The notes below the pieces were generated by a model, which was not told the DNA's origin, ran no database searches, and saw only the letters and a list, made by a program, of their open reading frames with translations. Shown here in pieces: positions 20,398 through 30,945 of a stretch of DNA of 64,000 bases. This DNA is from Deltaproteobacteria bacterium. Its GTDB lineage: Bacteria; Desulfobacterota; Desulfobulbia; Desulfobulbales; JAGXFP01. The stretch spans positions 30,717-94,716 of the forward strand of contig JAGVGT010000021.1 of NCBI GenBank assembly GCA_020056965.1, written 5' to 3'. Position numbers and translations under genes: made by a program. The first letter of the stretch is position 1, and every line of letters starts with the position of its first letter.

Positions 20398-23300
20398 TCA
20401 GCTTTTCCCCGAGAACCGGCAGGCCCTTTTTAGACACTCCCGATTCAGTCCGGACTGGTCGCAGGCCCGTTCATCCCGGATCGGCATGGATACTCCCCAC
20501 ATTTCCTCGGCAATGACGGCCGCTTGCTGCAGGGCGCCTAAGGCCTCCCGCCGGCAACAGCGCGCCCCCTTGGTCTCAGCCAGCTTGCTCAAAACCCGGC
20601 CGGTAATTTGCTGCGCCTTTTGTCGGGCTCCCGGGGTCAGAGGGGTGGCCTCCAGGATCACCGCGAAGGCGATACCCACCCCCAAGCCCGCCCCGCACCC
20701 GCCCCAAAATCCGCAAACCCCACCGGGAATCGTGCGGCCCCGGTCGATGCCGGTAATAATCCGATCAGCGCCGAGCTGGCCGCCATTGTTCCGGTAAACG
20801 GCCAGGATGACGCCGGGAACCATGGCATGGTGTTCCGGGCCGTGCATGGCCAGAGCCGGATGGGAGCGAAGCAGGTGCAGTAGGGCGAAAAGGTCGGTTT
20901 CGCCGGTGGTGGAGCAGATCCGTTTGATCACCTCCAGCCCGCCCTCCAGGTGGCAGCGGTCGCAGACAAAATGGGTGGCGCAGGAAACCTCGGTGGTGAC
21001 TCCGACCCCGCAATAATGGCAGGTGGCCGGCTCGGGGCGCGAAAGATAGCGGACTTCCCCGCCACAGACCAAGCAACCCCGGGCCTGTCTTGGCACTGGT
21101 GCGACCGGGCTTTGATCTGGTGAAAAAAGCATCGGCACCTTCAGTAGACTTGGGGTCGGCCGATTCTCCGGTGGGGCACAACAGGAGCCGGTTGTCGGCA
21201 GTGATTCTTGACTGTCCCCACAACAACTATTGGTGGCGGTCTGGTTGAGCACGCCTCCCTGCGAGTCGAGCCTGAATACGGTCTCCCCAAGCTGTCCGGC
21301 CAGTCTGCTTGATACCCTGGCCGGGCGCCCCCTGAACAGAAGACTACCGTCTTCGCCGGCCAACGCCGCCATGGGGCCACGATAAACCACAGCCATGTCC
21401 TGGTCGGACGGAGCCGGCTTCCGGCAGCTGAAAGTGAGCGAAAAAAAACGGGTGCGCCCCTCTTGGCGGTAGGGGAAGCGCTTGAGCAGTTGCGCTTCGG
21501 CAAAACCGACCGCCCGCAGCATGGCCAGGAGTTGTTCCTGCTGCAGGGCGCCCCCCAGACATTCGCCCCGGAACTTCAAATTGTTCTTGATGGCTACCGG
21601 GATGCTGGTATCGGTGACAATATCGGATACCACCAGTCGGCCGCCGGGTTTGAGGACTCGATAGATTTCGTGAAAGGTGGTGCGTTTATCGGGGCTGAGA
21701 TTGATCACGCAGTTGGAGATGACCACGTCGGCTGTGGCCTCCGGCAGAGGCAGCTCTTCCAGGTAGCCTTGCCGGAACTCGACGTTGTCATAGCCAAGTT
21801 CGCCAACCACGCTGACCTGGGATTTTCTGGCCAGTTCGAGCATCTCCGGAGTCATATCGATCCCGAACACCTTACCGGTCGGACCGACCTGGGCGGCGGC
21901 GAGGAAACATTCGACGCCGCTGCCGCTGCCCAGGTCCACCAGGATTTCTCCGGGTTGCGGAGCGGCATCTTGAACCGGGCTGCCGCAGCCGTATGACCTT
22001 TTCCGCGAGTCCAGCGGGATAAAGGTCAGACCGGCCTCGCCTGGCCCGAAGGGGTTGACGATTTCCGCATTGGTCTGGCGGGCGGCCCGGCCGTAAAATT
22101 CCTGCACCGACCGGTGTCCGCTGCCGCCCGGCAGCGAAATCACGCAGTTACAGTGGGTGAGGGAGACGCTCCGGCCGCCGTCCGGGCAATCATGGCGGAC
22201 ATCACCCATCCGCAGGATGAACTCGGCCGGGTTGCGGACGGGGTAACGGCCCGCCTTGCTGCTGATCAGCCAGAGGGCCAGCGATTCGTAGAGCTCCAGG
22301 TAGGGATCGTGGCCGACAAATTCGCCACTGCGCAGATAACTGTGGTCCAGGTCGCCGCCACCGGTCAGGAAGCTGAGCGGCCTCGCCGCAGCTTCCTGAG
22401 CGTCGATCAGCGAGGTGCCGCGGATTTTTTTTAAGACCGGGCTGTGGCGCCAGACCTCTTCCAGCCCTGCGGTCAGCGGGCCGCAGTTCAGTTCGGCCAG
22501 GCCGACCAAGGCGGGTGAGGGGTAGATGTTGCCATCCGGACCCACCGCCACTGATTCCCAGGCGGTGTTGCTCAGGTCAAAACGGGTGCCGGGGGCACTG
22601 AAGATCTGGCTGCGAATGGTTTCAAGATTGTCGATGCTCACCCCCCGGACGGCGGCTATAGTTTCGGCCAACCGTAGTTGCTGGAAGATGCGGGATGGTT
22701 CTACGAACAGCTCTTCACCACCCCGGCCGCGCATCAGGTGCCAGAGGAAATGCAGGTTGCCGACCCCATGGTCGGCGGCCAGGGCGGTGATGGCCGGCAG
22801 GTCGTCAATATTGACCAGGTTGATCGCCACCGACAGGGTGACCAGAAATCCTTCCTGGCGCAGCGTGCCAAGAATGTTCAGAAGGCGCCGAAAGGTGCCG
22901 GAGCCGCGGAGCTGGTCATGGTGGGGTTCCAGTCCGTCCAGGCTGAGCTGCAAGTGCAGGCGCTCCTTGGGCAAACGGGCCAGTTCGTCAAGATATTGCT
23001 CCAGGAGCAGGCCGTTGGTCAGGATAACGACATGGACTTCCGGATCGGCCAAGAGGTCCTTGAGGATTTGGAGAAAACCCGGATAGATAAAAGGTTCGCC
23101 ACCGGTGAAGTAGAAAAGAGCGCTCCCCAGCGCCCTGGCCTCCCGGATTCCTTGCGCCAGCAAATCGGGGGCAAGGCTCTGGCTTTGGGCCGGCGAGCAG
23201 TCAAACAGGCAATGGCGACAGCTCAGGTTGCATCTGGAGGTAAGATGGAACCAACATTCCTTGAGCGAGGTCAGCTTCAGGTGGGCGTTCCGACCCAGAT

Positions 23301-23517
23301 ATCGGGATTCCTGAGGATCAACGGCCAGCTGGTTTTCCAGCTGGCCGCGGGCCAGCATTTCGGCCGGACTGCTGGGTTGTTGTTCCAGCCGGTGGATGGC
23401 TTCCGGGCCGGGCACCAGCCAGTCCGGGCGGGTCGGGTGCACGTAAATGGTCGCGCCCTCGAAGTCCAGGCGCTGCCAGTGGTCGAGCAGAGAGGGATAG
23501 ATGCTGTTCATGGTCAT
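20398..23517 (-). CDS. Tri-domain fusion: radical-SAM domain, ArsM-like SAM methyltransferase, and a Cys-rich DUF5714-like C-terminal module
   Basis: 1039 aa.
- Radical SAM: CNLSCRHC (residues 96-103, nt 23209-23232) followed by FTGGEP.
- Methyltransferase: residues about 468-700 (nt 21418-22116) read like arsenite methyltransferase ([65 protein letters not shown]).
- C-terminal module: residues 815-1039 (nt 20401-21075) carry CxxC…CxxC…CDRCH, then HGPEHH and [13 protein letters not shown]. Confidence 0.75.
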   Translation of the reverse strand: MTMNSIYPSLLDHWQRLDFEGATIYVHPTRPDWLVPGPEAIHRLEQQPSSPAEMLARGQLENQLAVDPQESRYLGRNAHLKLTSLKECWFHLTSRCNLSCRHCLFDCSPAQSQSLAPDLLAQGIREARALGSALFYFTGGEPFIYPGFLQILKDLLADPEVHVVILTNGLLLEQYLDELARLPKERLHLQLSLDGLEPHHDQLRGSGTFRRLLNILGTLRQEGFLVTLSVAINLVNIDDLPAITALAADHGVGNLHFLWHLMRGRGGEELFVEPSRIFQQLRLAETIAAVRGVSIDNLETIRSQIFSAPGTRFDLSNTAWESVAVGPDGNIYPSPALVGLAELNCGPLTAGLEEVWRHSPVLKKIRGTSLIDAQEAAARPLSFLTGGGDLDHSYLRSGEFVGHDPYLELYESLALWLISSKAGRYPVRNPAEFILRMGDVRHDCPDGGRSVSLTHCNCVISLPGGSGHRSVQEFYGRAARQTNAEIVNPFGPGEAGLTFIPLDSRKRSYGCGSPVQDAAPQPGEILVDLGSGSGVECFLAAAQVGPTGKVFGIDMTPEMLELARKSQVSVVGELGYDNVEFRQGYLEELPLPEATADVVISNCVINLSPDKRTTFHEIYRVLKPGGRLVVSDIVTDTSIPVAIKNNLKFRGECLGGALQQEQLLAMLRAVGFAEAQLLKRFPYRQEGRTRFFSLTFSCRKPAPSDQDMAVVYRGPMAALAGEDGSLLFRGRPARVSSRLAGQLGETVFRLDSQGGVLNQTATNSCCGDSQESLPTTGSCCAPPENRPTPSLLKVPMLFSPDQSPVAPVPRQARGCLVCGGEVRYLSRPEPATCHYCGVGVTTEVSCATHFVCDRCHLEGGLEVIKRICSTTGETDLFALLHLLRSHPALAMHGPEHHAMVPGVILAVYRNNGGQLGADRIITGIDRGRTIPGGVCGFWGGCGAGLGVGIAFAVILEATPLTPGARQKAQQITGRVLSKLAETKGARCCRREALGALQQAAVIAEEMWGVSMPIRDERACDQSGLNRECLKRACRFSGKS

Positions 23518-23715
23518 GACTTGTTGTTTGCGATGAGTTCTGGTAATGGCTAGATTTGACGGCGGGCTGAATACTAATACCTGACTACAGCTTTTGCATC
23601 AAGAGCTTGCCGGCCATCCCGGCTTTTCAGCAGTTACTGCAACGAGAACTGGCTTCCGTGCCGCTCTGGCCAGGTTTTATCGGCGGCCTGGCGCAAAATG
23701 TTCCGGAGGAAATTG

Positions 23716-24303
23716 ATGACCACCCAGAAAGAGTTACGCCAACAGATTCTGGCGGTAAGGGACGAACTGTCCGCCGGTGAAATCGAAGCGAAAAGCGCGG
23801 CCATCACCGAGCTGCTTTTTAAGACCGAGGTATTCCGGGATTGTCGCTCGGTGATGTTCTATGCCGCTTTCCGGAGCGAGGTGCAAACCAAGGGGGTTAT
23901 GTCCCGGTGTATGGAACGAGGCGTTCGGTTGGCCCTGCCGGTGACCCTCCCGGCCAGTCGGGGGCTGCAACCCCGGCTGGTCACCGATCTGGCCCTGGAC
24001 CTGCGCCCCGGATATTGCGGCATTGCCGAGCCCGATCCGGCCAAAACCAAGACAATCGATCCAGCCGTCATCGAGGCGGTGATGGTACCGGGCAGCGTTT
24101 TCGATTTGCGGGGTGGCCGGCTTGGTTATGGCGGCGGCTTTTATGACCGCTTCCTGGCGCAGGAAGCCCCGCAAGCCCTGCGGATCGGGCTGGCCTTTGC
24201 CCTGCAGGTGGTGGCAGGAGAACTGCCTCTGGCCGCACATGACCAGCGGTTGGATTACCTGGTGACCGATGAGCGGGTCTATGCCTTTTCCAGAATAGAA
24301 TAG
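23716..24303 (+). CDS. 5-formyltetrahydrofolate cyclo-ligase
   Basis: Preferred start is the ATG at 23716 (MTTQKELRQQIL). The family C-terminus is present (GGRLGYGGGFYDRFL). Confidence 0.85.
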   Translation: MTTQKELRQQILAVRDELSAGEIEAKSAAITELLFKTEVFRDCRSVMFYAAFRSEVQTKGVMSRCMERGVRLALPVTLPASRGLQPRLVTDLALDLRPGYCGIAEPDPAKTKTIDPAVIEAVMVPGSVFDLRGGRLGYGGGFYDRFLAQEAPQALRIGLAFALQVVAGELPLAAHDQRLDYLVTDERVYAFSRIE

Positions 24304-24330
24304 GCCTGGCGCGATCAGGAGGCGGGGTCT

Positions 24331-25620
24331 TCAGGCGATAAACTGAACCTGATTACGCCCTTCCTCTTTGGCTATGTATAAAGCGTTATCGGCCCGATAG
24401 ACCAGGCCGTCGAGAGAATCTCCCTCCTGCAGTGACGACACGCCCAGGCTGATGGTTATGGCGATGGATTTACCATCTTCGCTCGCGGTGGAGTTTTCCG
24501 CGATCACCAGGCGCAGACGTTCGGCGGTTTCCAGGGCTTTGCTCAGTTCGGTGGTGGGCAGCATAATCAAAAATTCCTCGCCGCCGTAACGGCAGATGAG
24601 ATCGTAATTGCGCAGAACCGAGGTCAGGTTGGCAGAGACAGACTGGAGAACCCGGTCCCCGACCTGATGGCCGAAGTTGTCATTGATCCTCTTGAAGTAA
24701 TCAATATCGACCAGGATGATTGACAGGGGTTGCGGCACCCTTAGGCTGCGGGAGATCTCCTGTTGGATTCTGCGGATGCCCTCACCCCGGTTGAGGATGC
24801 CGGTAAGAGAGTCGGTGGTGGCCAATTCCACCAGCAGGTGCTCGGATTTTTTCAGGTCTTTGACGAAATGGTGCGAGATGTAGATGATTACCGAGAGCAA
24901 CAGGAACAGCAGAGTGATGGCGGCGATGATCGTATAAATCCTGGCCTGGTTAATTTCGTGAATGACTCTCTGGGCCGGAACCGAGATGCTGATGCCGCCG
25001 CGGATATCACCGAGCTTATAACCTTGCGATTCGTGGCACAGCAGGCACTCTTTCTGGGTAACCAAGGGGGCCATATAACGGAACATCGGGCCGGCCGGAG
25101 CATTGTCCATCTGATAATATTCCGCGGCCCCAGCTTCGAATTTCTCCAGGGCGGTCCGCTCAAACCCGTCGGGCCGGTTATCCGGGTTCAGGGGGTTGAG
25201 GCTGGTGATGTCGATGATGAAATTTTGTTCCTTCTGGGCCAGCGCGGAGATCATTCTGGTAATTACGGCGTGGTTGCGCAGGACATAGCGTTCGCCATCC
25301 TGATCGGTAATGACGGTTTTCAGCCCGGGGATGGTTTCCAGGTTGGGATCGGCTCGCATGTCCGGCAACATCTTGACGTAGACCCCTTTCTGATTGATGA
25401 TCCAGTGTCGGGTCTGCACAATCTCTTCAAAAAAAGCCCTGGCCTCATGGAGCAACTGGTCGTGGATGAGCTTGGTGGTCCGGCTGTAAAAGCCCCAGAA
25501 GATGACGATGATCAGGAGCGTGCTGACCAGGGAGATTATCCCCACGTACCTCTTGACGAATTCCGAACTTGAGGAGGCCGGGTGGTTGCTGCCGGTATCG
25601 TTGGAGGCGGAAGGCTTCAT
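24331..25620 (-). CDS. Sensor diguanylate cyclase (DUF3365-type heme-binding periplasmic domain, TM helix, GGDEF)
   Basis: 429 aa with CLLCH followed by GDIRGGISISVP (DUF3365-like), a TM helix, and an intact GGEEF motif (RYGGEEFLI). Confidence 0.8.
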   Translation of the reverse strand: MKPSASNDTGSNHPASSSSEFVKRYVGIISLVSTLLIIVIFWGFYSRTTKLIHDQLLHEARAFFEEIVQTRHWIINQKGVYVKMLPDMRADPNLETIPGLKTVITDQDGERYVLRNHAVITRMISALAQKEQNFIIDITSLNPLNPDNRPDGFERTALEKFEAGAAEYYQMDNAPAGPMFRYMAPLVTQKECLLCHESQGYKLGDIRGGISISVPAQRVIHEINQARIYTIIAAITLLFLLLSVIIYISHHFVKDLKKSEHLLVELATTDSLTGILNRGEGIRRIQQEISRSLRVPQPLSIILVDIDYFKRINDNFGHQVGDRVLQSVSANLTSVLRNYDLICRYGGEEFLIMLPTTELSKALETAERLRLVIAENSTASEDGKSIAITISLGVSSLQEGDSLDGLVYRADNALYIAKEEGRNQVQFIA

Positions 25621-25959
25621 ATCTTGACGCTGAGCCGTTGTAAGATAATAATCTGGTCGTTCTGGTACCCAAACGGCCTAAGACCTTTTGGGAAGGGCCA
25701 AAATCACCCAAGTCAGGTTGCAAACCGCATCTAACTTGCCGCCTGGTAAGGCAGGAGCGATTAATCCTGGCATGGCGCTAACCCACGCATCGTATTTAAT
25801 TAATTAGTGTAATTACGCCGCACTTATTACCATAAATTATTTGCATTGGGTAATTTTTTGCACTAAGTGAGAGAGTTCTTGACGGTGCAAGGTCGGCGGG
25901 TGTGGCTGTTTGCGGGAATTGAGCCGGTTTTATGGGGTGGTTTTTTCTAGGAGTCAGAT

Positions 25960-27027
25960 GTGGCAAAAACGGCGGTACTGAAAAGCGACCTTTTTCTGGG
26001 CCATGACCCTGGTATTGCCCATGTTGAGAACCCCAGTCGCTTGGAGGTGATCTACGATGGCCTCAAATCGCTGACCGGTCTTGACAATCTCCTCTTCCCC
26101 GCCCCGGAACCGGCGACCCGCGCCGATCTGCTCCGGGTCCACACCGCCGAACACGTGGACCGGATCGCCGCCACGGCCGGCAAACCCTATGATTTTCTGG
26201 ATTCCGATACCGCGACCTCGGCCAACTCCAATGCCGCGGCCTGTCTGGCGGCCGGGGCGGTAATCGACGCCGCCCGCCTGGTGGCGGCAGGCTCGGCGGC
26301 CAACGCTTTCGCTCTGGTCCGGCCGCCCGGCCATCATGCCGAACGGGGCTATGCCAAGGGTTTTTGCCTGTTCAATAACGTGGCGGTGGCGGCGGCCTTT
26401 GCCTTGCGAGAGTTGGGACTCAAGCGAATCCTGATCATCGATTGGGATCTGCACCACGGCAACGGCACCCAAAACTCTTTTTACCAGACCGACCAGGTCC
26501 TCTATTTCTCCACCCACATGTACCCCTACTATCCTGGTTCCGGGGCGCTGCAGGAGCAAGGGTCCGGCCGGGGCGAAGGTTACAACGTCAATGTGCCGCT
26601 GTCCGGCGGCATGAATGATCTGGCCTACGCGAGCATCTTCAACGAGGTGCTGGCGCCCATCGCCCGGCAGTATGAACCGGAGATGATCATGGTCTCGGCC
26701 GGTTACGACATCTATTACGGTGACCCCTTGGGCACCATGGCGGTCACCGAGGTCGGTTTCGCCTACCTGACCAAGGTGGTGAAGGACCTGGCCGCCGAGC
26801 TCTGCTCTGGCCGGTTGCTCCTGACCCTGGAGGGGGGCTACAATCTCACCGGGCTGCGGGATGGGGTCCTGGCCAGCCTGGGAGAGCTGGCCGGAATGGC
26901 TGAGTCGGCGGAGACCGCCGCCAAGATGGCGGCCCTGACCGAGGCCGGTTTTGGCCGTCCGGGCGGGCTGGCCGCCGATTCCCTGGCGACCCTGCGTCGG
27001 GCCTACTCGCCCCATTGGCGGATTTGA
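25960..27027 (+). CDS. Histone deacetylase-family (class II-like) deacetylase
   Basis: 355 aa with a GTG start. Motifs RPPGHHAE, DWDLHHGNGTQ and GGYN are present. Confidence 0.85.
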   Translation: MAKTAVLKSDLFLGHDPGIAHVENPSRLEVIYDGLKSLTGLDNLLFPAPEPATRADLLRVHTAEHVDRIAATAGKPYDFLDSDTATSANSNAAACLAAGAVIDAARLVAAGSAANAFALVRPPGHHAERGYAKGFCLFNNVAVAAAFALRELGLKRILIIDWDLHHGNGTQNSFYQTDQVLYFSTHMYPYYPGSGALQEQGSGRGEGYNVNVPLSGGMNDLAYASIFNEVLAPIARQYEPEMIMVSAGYDIYYGDPLGTMAVTEVGFAYLTKVVKDLAAELCSGRLLLTLEGGYNLTGLRDGVLASLGELAGMAESAETAAKMAALTEAGFGRPGGLAADSLATLRRAYSPHWRI

Positions 27028-27125
27028 AGTTCGCCCTGAGGAATTCCTCGGACCCGGATTGGACCTCGCCCAGCCGGCCGGAGAATGTTTGACTTGCCAA
27101 CGCTTTTACGTTAATTGTTCAGCCC

Positions 27126-27410
27126 ATGAAGATAACGCGCCAAGAAGTGCAATATGTCGCCCGCCTGGCCCGTCTCCAGCTTGATGAGACCGAGGCCGAG
27201 GCCATGACCGGCCAGCTGGACCGGATCCTCTCCTACATTGATAAACTCAATGAACTGGACACCTCCGCAGTGGCGCCGACCACCCACGCCATCGCCATGG
27301 TCAACGCCTTCCGGGAGGATGAGTTAGGACCATCTCTGCCCCGCGCCGAGGCCCTGGCCAACGGCCCGTTCCAGAACGGCGAGGCCTTTGTGGTGCCCAA
27401 GATTCTTTGA
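27126..27410 (+). CDS. gatC: Asp/Glu-tRNA(Asn/Gln) amidotransferase subunit C
   Basis: 94 aa with the typical GatC N-terminus (VARLARLQL.E.E) and LDT. Confidence 0.9.
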   Translation: MKITRQEVQYVARLARLQLDETEAEAMTGQLDRILSYIDKLNELDTSAVAPTTHAIAMVNAFREDELGPSLPRAEALANGPFQNGEAFVVPKIL

Positions 27411-27516
27411 TTTGCGGTCACAGTCGGGCGGCGGTTTAACGAGTGCGGAGAAAGCGGATCCCTTCCGGAACAGGGTCCGCTCTTTTTTTTAAGGCGGTCG
27501 GGAATTTTAGAACTGG

Positions 27517-28989
27517 ATGCAGCAGATCATGGCGATACAAGAGCTTAATATTCACGAGTTGCAGGCCCGGCTGGCCGGCGGCGATCTTTCCTCGCTCGAG
27601 GCCACCCAGGCCGTGCTGGCCCGGATTGACCTGGTCGAAGCCCGGGTGGGGGCATATACCACCCTCGACCGCGAGGGCGCCCTGGCCCAGGCGGCGGTTG
27701 CCGACCGCAGGCGGGCGGCCGGCGAGTCCGGTGACTTGCTCGGGGTGCCGCTGGCCCTCAAGGATATTGTCTGCACCAAGGGGCTCCGCACCACCTGCGG
27801 TTCACGGATGCTGGAAACCTTCGTGCCGCCCTATGACGCGGCGGCGGTTGAAAAGCTGAAGGCGGCCGGCGCGGTGATCCTCGGCAAGCTCGGCATGGAT
27901 GAGTTCGCCATGGGCTCCTCCACCGAGACCTGCGCCTACGGCGTCCCCAAGAATCCCTGGGACCTCAGCCGGATCTGCGGCGGCTCCAGCGGCGGTTCGG
28001 CGGCGGCGGTGGCGGCCGATGAATGCTTCGGCGCCCTGGGCTCCGATACCGGCGGCTCGATCCGCCAGCCCGCCTCCCATTGCGGGATCGTCGGTTTGAA
28101 GCCCACCTACGGGCGGGTCTCCCGCTACGGCCTGATCGCTTACGCCTCGTCCCTTGACCAGCTGGGACCGATGACCAAGGATGTTCTCGATTGCGCCATC
28201 CTGCTCAAGGCCATCAGCGGTTACGACCGCCGCGACTCCACCTCGGTGGACCGGCCGGTCCCGGATTACCCGGCCACCTTGGCCGCCGGGGTAAAGGGTT
28301 TGCGGGTGGGAATTCCCCGCGAGTATTTTGAGGAGGGGCTTGACCCCGAGGTCGAAGCGGCGGTGCGGAATGGCATTGCGGCCCTGCGCGAGGCTGGGGC
28401 CGAGGTGGTCGAGGTCTCTCTGCCCCATACCGGCTACGGGGTGGCGGCTTACTACATCATCGCTCCGGCCGAGGCCAGCTCCAACCTGGCCCGTTACGAC
28501 GGGGTCCGCTTCGGCCATCGCACCAAAGAGGCCGACACCCTTCTGGAGATGTTCCAGAAGAGCCGGGCCGAGGGCTTCGGGGCCGAGGTGCAACGGCGGA
28601 TCATGATCGGCACCTACGTGCTGTCGGCCGGTTATTACGACGCCTATTACCGCAAGGCCCTGCAAGTGCGGACCCTGATCGTCGAGGATTTCCGGGCGGC
28701 CTTCGAAAAATGCGATGTCCTGGCCTCGCCGGTGGCGCCTACCCCGGCCTGGCGGATTGGCGAGAAGATCGACGACCCCTTGAGCATGTATCTTTCCGAT
28801 GTCCTGACCATCTCCTCCAACCTGGCCGGAGTGCCGTGTCTCTCCTTGCCCTGCGGCTTCAGCGCCACCGGGCTGCCCATCGGCATCCAGCTCCAGGCCG
28901 CCCATTTCGAGGAAGAGCGGCTGCTGCAGACCGCCTTTGCCTTGGAGCAGGCCCTGGGACTGGCCGCTCGCAAACCACCTTTAGCTTGA
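27517..28989 (+). CDS. gatA: Asp/Glu-tRNA(Asn/Gln) amidotransferase subunit A
   Basis: 490 aa with the amidase signature [13 protein letters not shown]…[12 protein letters not shown]. The start may be Met5 at 27529. Confidence 0.95.
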   Translation: MQQIMAIQELNIHELQARLAGGDLSSLEATQAVLARIDLVEARVGAYTTLDREGALAQAAVADRRRAAGESGDLLGVPLALKDIVCTKGLRTTCGSRMLETFVPPYDAAAVEKLKAAGAVILGKLGMDEFAMGSSTETCAYGVPKNPWDLSRICGGSSGGSAAAVAADECFGALGSDTGGSIRQPASHCGIVGLKPTYGRVSRYGLIAYASSLDQLGPMTKDVLDCAILLKAISGYDRRDSTSVDRPVPDYPATLAAGVKGLRVGIPREYFEEGLDPEVEAAVRNGIAALREAGAEVVEVSLPHTGYGVAAYYIIAPAEASSNLARYDGVRFGHRTKEADTLLEMFQKSRAEGFGAEVQRRIMIGTYVLSAGYYDAYYRKALQVRTLIVEDFRAAFEKCDVLASPVAPTPAWRIGEKIDDPLSMYLSDVLTISSNLAGVPCLSLPCGFSATGLPIGIQLQAAHFEEERLLQTAFALEQALGLAARKPPLA

Positions 28990-30143
28990 TGAGCCCCATG
29001 AAACTCAAGGTCCCCGCCAATATCCAGAGTCTGATCCCCTACCCCCCCGGCAAACCCATCGAGGAGCTGGAGCGGGAGTACGGGATCACCGGTTCGATCA
29101 AACTGGCCTCCAACGAGAACGGCCTGGGCCCGTCGCCCAAGGCGCTGGCGGCCATCGCCGCGGCCCTGACCAAGCTGCACCGCTACCCGGACGGCAGCAA
29201 CTACTATCTGGCCACCCGGTTGGCCGAAAAACTCGGGGTGGCCCCGGCCGAACTGGTCTTCGGCAACGGCTCCAACGAGGTCATCGAGTTGTTGATCGCC
29301 GCCTTTCTTGCACCGGGCGACGAGGTGATCACCAGCCAGCCGACCTTCCTGGTTTACCACACCATGGTCCAGGCCAAGGGCGGGGTAAACCGGGTGGTGC
29401 CCTTAAAGAAGCTGGCTCCGGCCGAGGTGCTGACCAGCACCACCGGCGGCGCCCCGCTGGGGGTGGTCCATGACCTGACGGCGATCCTGGCCCAGATCAC
29501 CGACCGGACCCGGCTGATCTTCCTCGACAACCCCAACAACCCCACCGGCACCATCTTCGGCCGAGACGAATTCGAGGCCTTCCTGGCCCAGGTGCCGGAG
29601 CAGGTGATCGTGGTGCTGGACGAGGCCTATGTCGATTTCGTCGCCCATGCGCAGCGCATCGATGTTCGGCATTACCTGGCCGGGCCGGTGGCGGTGGTGG
29701 GGTTGCGGACCTTTTCCAAGGCTTACGGCCTGGCCGGGCTGCGGGTCGGTTACGGGATCATGAACGCTGAGCTGGCCGGCTACCTGCACCGGGTGCGGCA
29801 GCCCTTCAACGTCAACCTGCCGGCCCAGGTCGGCGCCCTGGCGGCCCTGGACGACGACGACTTTTACCGCCAGACCCTGGCCCACACCGGGGCCGGGATC
29901 GCCTGGTTGACCAAAGAGATTCAAGGGTTGGGCTGCCAGGTCTTCGATACCCACACCAACTTCTTCCTGATCGATGTCGGCGGCGACGGCCGGGCCTTCT
30001 ACGAAAAGCTCCTGCGCCTGGGGGTTATTGTCCGGCCCATGAGCGCCTACGGTTACCCCGGTTATATCCGGATCACCGTTGGCACCGAGGCGGAAAATCA
30101 GCGGCTGGTGAAGGCCATGGCCCAAGTCTTGGCCGAGGTGTGA
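28989..30143 (+). CDS. hisC: Histidinol-phosphate aminotransferase
   Basis: The ATG at 28989 overlaps the gatA stop (TGATG). Motifs LASNENGLGPSP, NPNNPTG and RTFSKAYGLAGLRVGY are present. The longer track ORF start lies inside gatA. Confidence 0.9.
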   Translation: MSPMKLKVPANIQSLIPYPPGKPIEELEREYGITGSIKLASNENGLGPSPKALAAIAAALTKLHRYPDGSNYYLATRLAEKLGVAPAELVFGNGSNEVIELLIAAFLAPGDEVITSQPTFLVYHTMVQAKGGVNRVVPLKKLAPAEVLTSTTGGAPLGVVHDLTAILAQITDRTRLIFLDNPNNPTGTIFGRDEFEAFLAQVPEQVIVVLDEAYVDFVAHAQRIDVRHYLAGPVAVVGLRTFSKAYGLAGLRVGYGIMNAELAGYLHRVRQPFNVNLPAQVGALAALDDDDFYRQTLAHTGAGIAWLTKEIQGLGCQVFDTHTNFFLIDVGGDGRAFYEKLLRLGVIVRPMSAYGYPGYIRITVGTEAENQRLVKAMAQVLAEV

Positions 30144-30258
30144 CAGGAATGAGTAAAATCGCTAGAGAAATAACGGCTGGCACGGCTTATCAATTAGATA
30201 CACCGTTCACCTTGAGCTTGTCGAAGGGCGGCCCAACTGGTTATCTGGTCAAGCAAAT

Positions 30259-30945
30259 TTGCCAACCTTAAGCGAGATCGTCACCATCGATGGCCCCTCC
30301 GGGGCCGGCAAGAGTACGATCAGTCGCCAGCTGGCCAAGGCGCTGGGCTATACCTACCTGGATACCGGAGCCATGTATCGGGCCGTGGGGCTGGCGGCGC
30401 AGCGCGCCGGCCTACCCTTGGTAGAGAGCGTCGCTCTGGCGGCCCTCCTGGCCCGGCTCGACCTCAACCTGCTGGCGGTTGACGGCGACACCGGGGTGAC
30501 CCTGAACGGCGAGGATATCTCGGCGGCCATCCGCAGTCCGGAGATGGCGATGATCGCCTCCCGGGTCTCCGCCCTGCCCATGGTCCGGACCTATCTCACC
30601 GAGCTCCAGCGGCGGATCGGGGCCCAGGGCGCGATCGTGGCCGAGGGGCGTGATATGGGCACGGTGGTCTTCCCCGGGGCACCTCACAAGTTTTTTTTGG
30701 ATGCCAGTCCCGCCGAACGTGCCAAGCGGCGGGTTTTGCAGCTGCGCCAGCAGGGGCGGCAGGTGGACGAGCCAGAGATCCTCGCCCAGATCATTGAACG
30801 GGACCAGGCCGACAGCGCTCGCGCCCTGGCCCCCTTGAGACCGGCGCTTGACGCCGTCATTGTCGATTCTTCCCATCTGGATATTGCCGGGGTGGTGGCC
30901 TTGATGCTGGGCCATGTCAAGCGCACCGGCCAAGGAGCCCCATGA
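30259..30945 (+). CDS. cmk: Cytidylate kinase
   Basis: 228 aa with ITIDGPSGAGKST and YLDTGAMYRA. The start codon is TTG. Confidence 0.9.
   Translation: MPTLSEIVTIDGPSGAGKSTISRQLAKALGYTYLDTGAMYRAVGLAAQRAGLPLVESVALAALLARLDLNLLAVDGDTGVTLNGEDISAAIRSPEMAMIASRVSALPMVRTYLTELQRRIGAQGAIVAEGRDMGTVVFPGAPHKFFLDASPAERAKRRVLQLRQQGRQVDEPEILAQIIERDQADSARALAPLRPALDAVIVDSSHLDIAGVVALMLGHVKRTGQGAP

Noticed and set aside
23518-23697. Possible 6S RNA (ssrS) upstream of the 5-formyl-THF cyclo-ligase gene, by analogy with the conserved ssrS-ygfA synteny.
   Set aside because: I found no long closing helix between the 5-prime and 3-prime ends, no central-bubble pattern and no good promoter. Only a weak 5-bp GCCGG/CCGGC hairpin is present. 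A covariance-model scan would still settle it.
25806-25820. The palindromic core GTAATTACGC occurs here and again at 33257-33266, considered as a shared regulator site.
   Set aside because: A 10-mer recurring once in 128 kb of two-strand sequence is expected by chance. There is no further flanking similarity.
25954-27015. A 353-aa ORF antisense to the deacetylase gene. Similar long antisense or alternate-frame ORFs occur at 27802-28905, 30684-31724, 43202-43843, 9890-10768 and 14220-14837.
   Set aside because: Each one fully overlaps a gene with unmistakable family motifs on the other strand or frame. Their translations are low-complexity and rich in Arg, Gly, Pro and Ala, as expected from stop-poor GC-rich DNA. 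No RBS or motif supports them.
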